This document shows, piece after piece, positions 1 through 11,252 of a stretch of DNA of 64,000 bases. The notes under the pieces were generated by a model. That model saw nothing but the letters and a program-made list of their open reading frames with translations. It had not been told where the DNA came from and ran no database searches. The position numbers and the translations under genes are program-made. The DNA comes from Octopus sinensis (lineage: Eukaryota): contig NC_043003.1 of assembly GCF_006345805.1 (NCBI RefSeq), forward strand, positions 26,040,001-26,104,000, given 5' to 3'. Position 1 is the stretch's first letter; the number at the start of each line of letters is the position of its first letter.

Positions 1-1540
1 ACAAGCTAGAAGAAATGTTGCCAAACATTTACTGTGGCATAGTAATGACTGAGCCAGCTCACTGCCCTAAATAATAACAATAATTTCTAACATTGGCACA
101 AAGTTTACTTGATGAAACTGGCCCCAATACTTGACTGATAATTTAGCAATCCAGAAAGACAGAAAGGCAAAATTGACTGAAATCATTATCAGTCTTGAAA
201 CCAGAAAATCTGTTGATATGGATTGCTTCTGCACAACTGTACAGTGAACCTGTGTGATATTCACGAGTCATATATGTGACGAAGTGTTTACAAGCAGGTA
301 TAATATCAAAGATACTGAGTTTTATGAACTTAAAGATTTATCTCTATGGTTGTCACAAGTAAAAGCTAAACATACACGAATTAAATAAAAGGAAACAAAA
401 GAATTTAAAAAAGTCTTTGCAGTTGGTTTAATCATGTGTCCTTGAGTATTTGAGAATGAATCTACAGGGATTGCAGATAGCTCTAGAGAGAGAAGCAATA
501 AATCTAAGTCACACAAAGGTAAGCCTTTTCAGCCAAGGTTATTAAAGCACTTAAAAATGGTTAGCAGAGAAGAAGTAGAGGAAGAGGGAGAAGCATATGT
601 GAGGAGGGGAAAAACATATGGTGTAAAGAGACAAAGGAAAGAGATCAAGTATTACAAAAAAGAGGAATGGGAGCAACAGAGAGGGTTATGATAGACGTTT
701 GACTAAAGCTAATGATGGCAATGAATAAATGCATAATAGAGAAATAAAGGGTTTAGACAATGAGCAACATTGGATTGGTAAAGGTTCTCTTTCAATAATA
801 AAGTATTTCTGGTACCATGGGTTTCATACTGGGGGTTTAGCAAGCATGAAACCACTGGTATCAGAAATTTAATATAAATTCCATTAATGTGTGTGTGTGT
901 GTGAGAGAGAGAGAGGGCAAATCTAGAAAAAGATATTTAAACCAGAACGTTGTACATATGAGGAAAGGGTGTTGTTGTGGGTCATAAGGACTAATTAACG
1001 GACTGTTTCAAAGAAAATTAGACCACAAGTGGTAGCCAGGGTTACTGTTGTTATCTGCCAGGTATATACCAAACACATCTGCCTCACAACTGGTGCAACA
1101 GACTTTTTAACATTAAGTCAAACACAAGTACTTTATAACTGCAGAGTTTTCTGGTTCGGTATGTACTGTATGTAACTGCCTTACAAGTGGTATGGCACAG
1201 TTCCTGTTCTATGACCAACACAACTTACAGAAGAGGAAAGAAAATGGTTTCCAGCCATGTAACCAACACATCTAGCAAAGGGCAGAAAGAAAAGGGTGAG
1301 TCTGATCTGCAATCAACATTAACAGAGAAAGGAGAAGGCTTCGAACCCAGAGAGGAGAGATAGGGGAGAGAGAGGGAGAGAAAGAGAGAGAAGATTTTCT
1401 GGTCTGTAACCAACACACCTAACACAGGATGGGTGAGAAAGAGAGAGAGAGAGCAAAATGGTGGTTTCTCTGCTACGTGCTACAAGAGTGCTACAGTGAC
1501 CAACACAGCTGCTTCAACAACTGGTAGAGTGGGAACTTGC

Positions 1541-1607
1541 CGTCTGTAGTTGGTAGGATGGAACTCAGTGGAATCTCATCTGAACCTTTTTTCTCCCTTT
1601 GGCTTCT
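1541..1607 (-). CDS. Candidate alternative ATP8A tail exon with GC donor (67 nt): RSQREKKGSDEIPLSSILPTTD(G) if entered in phase 0
   Basis: ttttctttgcag acceptor, purine-rich body, ACG|gcaagt GC-type donor. No recognised homology. Confidence 0.3.
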
Positions 1608-1679
1608 CTGCAAAGAAAATCACATGAAGGATAAACGACAGCTTGGGCCAACCCTCATAGTAGTAATTTAATTAAATAA

Positions 1680-1710
<31 letters not shown>

Positions 1711-2520
1711 TAATTAAATTTTGTTTGGAAATTATACTTTGACAGCAGCAGTATCGCTGGTGGTAGCAGCAGTAGCAGTAGCAATAGTAGCAGGAAACAG
1801 CAGCTATGGCAGAAGGTGAAGGAACAGACAAGGAGAAAGAGAGATAGGCAAGGAGGAAATAAGCAATGACGGCTGTGCACTGGATCTAATCCTATAAACA
1901 GAGCAAGATGAAAACAAGATGAGAGTGTGAAAGACAGAAAAATGTAATAATGTTTACCCCCTCCCACCAAACAAGCAATAAACACTTCCCTTCATGACAT
2001 AAATACAACAAAATCTTCGTGCTCTGAAATGTATATGTGTCTGTGTACATACACACTCACATACGGAAGTTTCTCTAAAGCCTACTCTTCAACTCATAGT
2101 ATACAAGGAAGACTGAACAATAAAGACTGGATTGCATGTTCAGTACTCCTAAATCTTCTCCAGTTTCTCAACATCAATAACAACTCCTGCCGAGTGTATA
2201 AATACATTTCAAAGATTTACCACTTCTAATAATCTCAGTAGTTATGAAGTTGAGGTACTAAATTCCAACAAGGCCATACTTGCGATGGCTTAGACAATCT
2301 AAAGAACTAAATCATATATATATATATATATATATATAGCCATATGCATAACCAAATACAACTAGCCACACACACATGCACTCATCTATATCCACATGTA
2401 CACCTATGTATTGACACACACATAGTAAACAGCCACTCATATGTATCCAAGTATTTTGCATTATTATGAGTAATATATAATTCTCCTTTTGTTCAGAATG
2501 TGACATGACCATCCTGTCGC

Positions 2521-2667
2521 ATGCCTCATGCAAATAATTCTAAAGAAATTTCTGATTTTTTTTGAAAGAGGACGGATTATAGAGTTCCACAATGACAAAT
2601 AGCTAGGAAACTTGGAATATCTCTTTCTACTGTTAACAAAACTATACTTCAACTGCAAAAGAACTGA
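2521..2667 (+). mobile_element. Decayed Tc1-like transposase N-terminal HTH fragment
   Basis: Frameshifted MPHANNSKEISD(F)ERGRIIEFH ... QIARKLGISLSTVNKTILQLQK, resembling the Tc1 paired-like DNA-binding domain. Confidence 0.6.
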
Positions 2668-2747
2668 ATTATTATCTAGTTGACTTGGGTCCTTTGAAAG
2701 ATGTTTTCATGCCATCTCAAAGATCTTTGGAGAACAACCTTATTTAA

Positions 2748-2956
2748 CCCTTTAGCATTCAGATTATTGTCAAATATAATGCTTACTTATTGTTTTGAAT
2801 TAATCATGCATTATCTCACAAAATTGAGATTTCAATGATGATTGATTATGCACAGAATGACATTTTAGGGTAGTGTGAGCGGTTGGATCTGGTCAGCTTG
2901 AGCCTAACACAAGTAGAATATTTGGGTCGAATAAGGCCAGTTTAAATGCTAAAGAG
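2748..2956. mobile_element. piggyBac-like MITE, family M2
   Basis: TTAA|ccctttagcatt ... aatgctaaagag|TTAA. Confidence 0.8.
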
Positions 2957-3737
2957 TTAAAGGCTTCAGAAGTGACAGAAGAGTTCCAAAATCTGTCCAA
3001 GAACTATTGTAAGTAGCTAACTAAGGAGAAACCCCTCTTAACTATGATCACTAATTTATAAAAAGAAATGAGTAAGATACCAAGACAAGCAGGAATTTTT
3101 ATAGGTCAAAATTTGCTCAAGTGTGAAGCAGCAGATGTGTCTGGGTCTGAAGATTCTGGAGATAATGAACAGCTTGATAAAAACAGGTGACAATGAATAA
3201 ATATAGTGGCATACGTATCTATTCTGGTTTAAGGAATAGGGGCTATATCTACCTCCTCGCTTGCCTCTCTACTTGAGTGGTATTATATTTTATTGCCTCT
3301 GGAAGGAAGAGAGGTAAAGTAAATCACGGTGTGTTTTGAACACTCCAGGTTCAAATTAACTTTCCATCTTTCCAAGGATGAATGTAAAGGGATGTCACTA
3401 AATGCTTAAAAATATTTTGTTCTAACAATTTGACTAATTCGTTGCTATAAATTTCTTTGGCAAGAATTGACTCTAGTATCAGTTTTGTCAAATATTATGC
3501 GTGTGTGTACATACATATCTATATATACATAATTACACATACTCAGATACATTCACACATACCAACATGTAAAGACTGTTTATAATATCCAGATTTTTTG
3601 ATTTTTTTTTTTTTAAAGAACAATCATAGAAAATAGGATTCACTATTTTGTGATCAGCAGAGGTTTGTCATCCCTGTACCCTGGTATTATATACGGAAAA
3701 AAGTTTTAACATACAATGGAGAGACTTTGAGAGTGTG

Positions 3738-3809
<72 letters not shown>

Positions 3810-4204
3810 CAAACTGCTCAATGACTAAATTTCTTTGTGTAAAAAAAACTTTTGCAGAAAAATCTGAACAAACTTTTGAAAAATTTTTCAAAAAAATGAA
3901 TGGGGGGGTGGGAGATCAGATAAAAATTCACCTAAGGCAGGAATATGCAAAGATACTCTCATTGAGAAAGGAAATATTAACAAAAAGTGAAACAAGAACA
4001 AAAAGGGGCCTTTACTTTGTTATGAAATAATAAAATATATAGTGATTTCTTTTCAGCAGGCACAAAACCAACTTTTTCAAAGAAAATAGGGGTCTGACTG
4101 GTTCAAGTGATCCCAGTGTATTTTATTAACCCGTGAAGGGGATGTCAGGCAAATTGGATAATGGTGGAATTACAAGGAAAAAAAAATATCAGGAGATATG
4201 CCAA

Positions 4205-4365
4205 GACTTGTGCTTGTATGTGTGTGTGTATGCCTATGTGTACACTAAATTGTGTATGTGTGTGTGTATTTGCATGTGTGTCTGCTTATATGCTTATGTG
4301 TACATGGGCATATATGCATGTGCATTCATACATATACTTGTGTGTGTGCATGCATGTATGTTATA

Positions 4366-4398
<33 letters not shown>

Positions 4399-4410
4399 AT
4401 ACGTATGTTC
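4205..4410. repeat. Degenerate (TG)n/(TATG)n microsatellite
   Basis: Direct inspection. Confidence 0.9.
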
Positions 4411-5664
4411 ACAAGTAAACTTGTGTGAACTATGAGCAGATGTGAATTCTGCAGATCAATACAAGTGGTTTTAAAGCATGTATGTATATACAAGTGTGTG
4501 TACTTGTGTATTTTTAATTGTGGTGCTCCAGCATAGTCGCAACTCAACAGCTGGAACTAGTAAAACAGAAAGAGGATGTTTTTTTTGTTTGTCTGTACAT
4601 GCATATGTGTGAATGTGTATATGTATTCATGAATGATGTGAGTAGAAATATCCAAGAAGTCCACCAAAAATTTCATTGACAATACAGGATTCACTGAACA
4701 GTTGCCTTTTCAATATTTTTTTGCTTTTCTGGAGGGTGGCAGTTCCTTTCATGCAATAAGGGCCACCTAATTGGGTTTTGTCAGGCAACTGTCCCCTAAC
4801 ATATGTCAAACTCAGTGAGTTTCTAAAGGGGCAGAAACAGAATGAGAGAGAGAGGAACAACGTGCATGAGAATATATATATATATATACACATATATATA
4901 TATGTATGTATGTATATGAAAGAAACAGAGAAACAAAATAACACCATCAATAAGTACAGAGTGTTCCGGGTATTGAAGTCTTAGTAGGAGTAGTAGTAGT
5001 GAACCAGCGCCGATGATATTGTTAAGACCAGATGCAGCTTCCTGGAAGGACACTTTTAAGTCTGTCGTGAACAAAAAAATATTAGAACAATGAAAAAAAA
5101 AACAAAAAAAATAATGACTTATGGTAAAAAAAAATTAAGAAAATATGATTTTAAAATCTGGAGAAAAAATGAAAAAAGAAAAAGAAAAAAAGCTCAAGAA
5201 ATCAATTAGTATGGAAAAATGGAAAGAAATTGTGATATAAATTCTGGGAATCTACAATTGAGATATAAACAAACAGCTGGCAAACAAGTAGATATCTGAA
5301 CCCACTTGTGGTACATTCGAGGAAAATAAACCATTTATGAGGACTCTCTTTCCTATATATAACAACATACATATATTGGAAAGATGAATCTCAAAGGAAA
5401 TGAAGCTATAAATAATGGCCAGTAAATATTGGGTTAAAAAACTGAAGGTGGATCATAGGATATGAAACCACATCTTCTGGAGATATGACAAGCATTCTAC
5501 TATAGGACCAAAGAAACCCATTTTAGAAACTTTGATCTTATCAGCAAGAATTGTCTTTAACCAATATTTAAATACAATAATTAATAGCTTTATTTGCTTC
5601 GTAATCCACTATTCCAAAAAAGAATTATTTCATGCACTCTCAAAGTGTATAAATTCTTATGAAC

Positions 5665-5704
<40 letters not shown>

Positions 5705-8700
5705 TATATATGTAATAAGATATTAAGCTAGAGTTGAATATGACTTGAAATCAGTTCATCATCATATATCTATTGTTACATTAGAAAGACAAACCAGATG
5801 CGACAATCTGGTAGAGCCCAAAAGGAGAATAGAAAGACAGCATTCATTTCATAATATAAAGTAGGTGTTTTTCTTTGTTTCTTTTTTAGATAAAGAGGGA
5901 TTTTCCCTTGTGGTTATGAATATAGATATATACTGAGTGTTAGGTTTGGAACAGAATCAGTTGTAATTTATTCACAAGACAGAAGAATTTCATTTGATGT
6001 CATACTCCGTTGCTCACTGAACAACCACCTGACATCAAATCCATAAGCTGTTTTGACCAGATTCCGAGAATTCCTACTAGTTTACAATGAAAAGCATTGG
6101 TCAGATTTTTACTGACATCATTCAAACAATTTGAAAAATCCTGTTTTGTTGTTTACTAAATTATTCTAATTGAAAAAAGAATCCAGGTTTAATTTGGGAC
6201 AGAGATCTGCTACATATATTCAATATATATTATACATATCTTGATAAAAAATAAATCAAAACCATTCCTTATACTTTATATTATAGGATGTTTTCTGACT
6301 TTCACATAACTTTACATAATTTTGTATGCTGAAGAAGTGGTTATATATTATAGAAACTCCAGAGTAAGAGGTCACTGGATGAGCTTAAATATAAATGTAC
6401 ACACACACACACACACACCATATTCAAACTGGAGAAATGGATAGTCTGTAAAAAATTCTTTTGCACAGTATTTGAAATTTCAGGTTTTACACAGCAAATA
6501 TTCTGAGTTTCACATAAAAGCCATCCTATGCAAATTAAAAGATCTGATGCATCTTTGAGGACTTACTGCTAGGTTATGATTAGGTGATGCTGATAATGAT
6601 GGTGGTAATGATGATGTTGGTGGCAGAACATTCCTTTAGTTACAACCAGCTATAATTTTTATTTTATTACAAACACAGTTGCTGTTGTTTAGCCCCCCCA
6701 AAGTATTATATTTTTGTTTGTTTGTATGACAACAACGATGTCTAACGTGTCAGTCTACTTTTAAGATGGTAGGGAGTGAAATGAGGGAATTTGGATGCTA
6801 TTCTAGCATCTATTTCTAGCAGGCCATCTTGGCCTGCTAGAAATAGAAGCTCCCTTGTTAGCAGTGTGTATGTGTGTGTGAGTGTACAAGATCAGGTACT
6901 TCAACACAAATATCGCATGGATAAATCTGGAGAATATGCAAAATAATTATAGAAAAAGAACTTTGTAATTTTGTTTCAATGTTTAATATCCCACTTCTGG
7001 TATAGCTTAATAATAATAATAATCCTTTCTACTATAGGTATAAGGCCTGAAATTTTGGAGGAAGGACTTGTCGATTTAATTAACCCCCAGTGTTTCACTG
7101 GTACTTAATTTATCGACCTGAAAGGATGAAAGGCAAACTCGACCTTGGCAGAATTTAAACTTAAAAAGAAGGATGAAATGCTGCTTAGTATTTTTCCCAG
7201 AATGCTAACAATTCTGCCATCTCATCGCCTTAATAATTATAATCTTAACTGATTGGAAGTATTATATGTTTTGTTTTGGTATAAAAGAGGAGTTACAACA
7301 AATATCTGCTCAATACCACAGATTTGCTTGTCAGTTGCTTGACCATGACCAGCTGAGCATGTCCCTTAGTGACTGACGATATGTGTATCTCTGATCACAA
7401 ACAGAAGTAGTGGGGGAGCATCATGGCCATATGTTGAGTGGAATTCTTTAGGGTTTGAATAATTCATCTTTGGAAACATGGGTGTTTTGTTCATCATCCT
7501 TAAACAACTCTCATTCAGGGACCTTTTGAGCAGGATGGGCTACTTGATCAGAAGAAAATTATAACCAGGCCCCACCTGCAGGGTCATGCATTGTTTATCT
7601 TGATATGAGAACACCATGTTGTGCACATATGGTTGTGATGCATGTATCTGGTGTAACTCTTATCAGATAGGTAGTCATGATGAGTATACTGGGCTTCGTA
7701 TATTTGTACTGCAGTGTCACTTTGATGGCATGAATTGCTCTCTCACTCAATAATAATAAATAATTTCTAGCATGCAGTATAAGGCCAGAAATTTTTTGGG
7801 ACAGGCTAAAGTCAGTTGAAATCAATTCCAGCACATGACTGCAATTTTATTTCATCAAACCTTGAAAAGATGAAAGACAAAGACAACTTTGGCAGAATTT
7901 GAACTCAGAATGTAAAGAGACGAATTAAATACTGCCTAGCATTTTGTCTGATGCTCAACTTGACAATGTCACAAAGCTATACAAGAGAGAGAAGAGGAAA
8001 GAGCATGTGGTGCTCATGCTTTTCCTCTTCCTACCAACCAGATACTGAAATCAGTGTATGGCATGTTTTACCAGGGGCTTGCCTTTCTGTAGCTTTCAAA
8101 AATGAATGTTTGAGCAAAGTGAAACAGCCACAACTGGGACTTGAAATGGAGTTATGCTCAGGCTTGGCTTACCAAAAGCTTGTAGTTTATTCTCTGGAGG
8201 CACTTTGAATTGGAAAACTACTAAAGATAAACAGAGCAATTATCATGATTTTCCTTAATGTTGGTGATAGTGGTGGAAGACAAATTGATACAAAGCATGT
8301 TTTATATAGCTATAATTTCAATGTAACAACACTAAATTGTAACTCAGATAATTTACAATTAGTAACCCTAACAAAATAAATCAACAATGTTATTTATAAT
8401 TCATGATTTTATAGGGTTCAAGAAAAATAAAATTTAGACCATTTCTACTTCTTTCTGGCATAATATGCAGTCTGATTTTGAATACAGTTAGACATCTACA
8501 AAGAATACCTGGCAAGATATTATAGATATTTTCACCTTGGAGAAATTCTACCAAACTCACTGCATTAATTAGAAAAAAAAGTATTTATTACATATCTGTC
8601 ATATATTTGTTATGTCTCTATAACTAAAGAATTTATAAAAGATCTGGGGTTAACACACACACACAGCACATTTGAATGTATATCATAATAGATTTGTATA

Positions 8701-10191
8701 TATTAAACTCACTCTGTATTTTGTTCTTTGTTAACATACAAACACTTACACACGACAGAAACATATTTATCAATAATGCTAAATTATTTTGAAGATATAT
8801 AAAAAATAGCTATTAGTATTTTCCCCCAACACCAAGTAATATAGAGAAACTTCTATGCAACATTCCATGGCCATTTCATTATTATTACTATTATCACCAA
8901 TGATAATAGTTATAACAAACATGTGACCTTAAACACCTGCTAGAAAAAAAATATTTTTATTCAAATACTTTTTTAAAATACTTTTTCACATGATGAATGA
9001 GAAAATGAGTGATGATGCGATAAGTTTTATATTAAAAAAGAGACTTTTTTCTTTCAGTTCTTTTCAAAGAATGATACAACTGAGTTTATTAATCTTTTGT
9101 TTTATTTTTTCTATTTGACTTTTAATAATTAAAAATTGAAAATATACACACTGGCAGAAAAAATGTGTGTATAAATGTATAAAAGTTTCTTGAAATATTT
9201 AAGAAAGGTGAAAAAAAAAAAAATTAATATTCAAAATCCATTCCCAAAAGAAGACAATTTCAGATAGGCTCACTCAACCATTCAAGAAAACATATAGAAT
9301 ATTAAAAAAAAGACTCTGAAAATAAATTTTTTTCCATATATTTTGCTGTTTTGAAAGTCTATAGAAAAAATTTCCACAGGAAGATTTAGAAATATGAGAA
9401 CAATCCAGACTTTGAACATACCTGGAAAAAGAGATGTTTATGATTTAAAGAGATATGAAATGGATGGAAACCATTTCATTTTCTTTTTCATATCCTACAC
9501 CAGACACAATTTGTTTTGAAGTAAAATACATTTCTATTCATTTTTCTCTTGTATGATCTAAGTACAAACTCTCTTGCCAACAGGCTAAAAAATACTATAT
9601 TGAATGAATAAACAGAAAAATACAACTGAATTCACATACACATATATGTATGCAATAACGATGACAATAATAATAATGATGATGATTCTTTCTAATTTTG
9701 GCACAAAGCCAGCAATTTTGAGGGGAGGGATATGTCAATTACATTGACCCCAGTGCTCAACTGGTACTTATTTTATCAACACTGAAAGGATGAAAGGCAA
9801 AGTTGACCTTGGTGACGTTTAAAATCATAACGTGAAGGCAGAAGAAATGCCACTAAGCATTTTATCTGGCATGCTAACAATTCTGCCAGCTTGTTGCCTT
9901 CTTATAATAATAATAATAATTGTGTATATACTTATGTTATAGATGAGGGAACAGACAGACATACATAAAGAGGGAGAGATGAGTGGAGTTATATGCATAG
10001 AATATACATATATACACACACAAATACACATAGACCTAGAAAAACGAGTCGATTAGAACAAGAGCTGAAATGTGTGTAGCAAGGGAGTTGACTAGTGGAG
10101 GAGAGGAAAAACTGAGGAGCTGTGTGATATCCAAGGGTGGGTGGCAAGGATTTGGCAAGTGATATACTGCTGCCGTGTCACAAGAACTTAC

Positions 10192-10231
10192 CATTAGTAG
10201 CAGAACTCCACCATCACAAAAGTTCACACCT
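10192..10231 (-). CDS. Candidate alternative ATP8A tail exon (40 nt, phase 2-0): (R)[13 protein letters not shown]
   Basis: tttttag acceptor, strong ATG|gtaagt donor, phase-compatible with exon t, open frame, non-repetitive surroundings. No recognised homology. Confidence 0.3.
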
Positions 10232-10299
10232 CTAAAAAATATTTTTATATATGTATCATACAAAACACACACATACATTATATAGCTATATATATATAT

Positions 10300-10405
10300 G
10301 CATTTGCTCACTTTCCATGTGCATGTCTATATATATATATATATATATATAAACATATGAGTACACTATATATACATACACACACAATATATATATATAC
10401 ACACA

Positions 10406-10438
<33 letters not shown>

Positions 10439-10444
10439 CACACA

Positions 10445-10477
<33 letters not shown>

Positions 10478-10745
10478 CACACAATATATATATACATATA
10501 TATACACACACACAATATATATATATATACACACATTCATACAATATATATTTAAATATACATACATACAATATATATGCACACACCAGAGTATATATAT
10601 ATATATGTATATATATAAACATATGCCCACACTATATATGCATGTATATATATACAGTATATATACATATATAAAGCATACACACACACACACACACATA
10701 CATACAATATATATATACACACACACACACATATACTATATATAT
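10300..10745. repeat. Compound (TA)n/(CA)n microsatellite with higher-order tacacacaatatata units
   Basis: Direct inspection; explains the Y/I/C/V-rich spurious ORFs. Confidence 0.95.
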
Positions 10746-10989
10746 AGCTAAGGACTGCAAACAAGAAAGTGCCACCAAATCAAAATCATAAGAGAAACAA
10801 AGAAATCCACTGAGTATAGTGATGTAGCTTTTATCTTCCTGTTCTCCTCCTCATCCTCCTTTCCAACAATTAACCTTCCCATCTTAATGTTTGCAATTAT
10901 ATGATGAAAAAATAAAAAACAAAGCTACATTATTTCAATATTATTTATATGTTTAAAAGCAAGAACAGTAATGATGATACTATTAATAA

Positions 10990-11214
10990 TAATAATCTTT
11001 TCTACTTTAGGCAGAAGGCCTGAAATTGGGGTCGGGGGAGGGGAATAGTAATTATATTGAGATCAGTACTTAACTGGTACTTTTTTCACCAACCCTGAAA
11101 GAATGAAAGGCAAAGTCAACCTCGGTGGAATTTGAACTCAGAATGTGAGGACAGATGAAACGCTGCTAAGCATTTTGCTCAGTGTGCTCATAATTCTGCC
11201 AGCATGCTGCCTTC

Positions 11215-11252
<38 letters not shown>

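Noticed and set aside
298-530. Plus-strand coding-looking stretch (YNIKDTEFYELKDLSLW...)
   Set aside because: Multiple stops and no recognisable motif.
4940-5061. Stop-codon readthrough (RLKSVLPGSCIWS*QYHRRWFTTTTPTKTSIPGTLCTY*)
   Set aside because: UAA is the least leaky stop, the context CAAUAU is not a recognised readthrough motif, and the exon itself is unproven.
8170-8560. Further possible tail exons (8172-8219, 8509-8559; also acceptors near 5793 and 9421)
   Set aside because: Wrong entry phase or early stops with weak splice sites; such matches are expected by chance in AT-rich introns.
10286-10764. Overlapping 70-148 aa ORFs rich in Y/I/C/V/H/T
   Set aside because: Translations of (TA)n/(CA)n microsatellite. 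The same applies to ORFs at 4133-4547, 45594-46197, 51940-52122 and 53157-53531.
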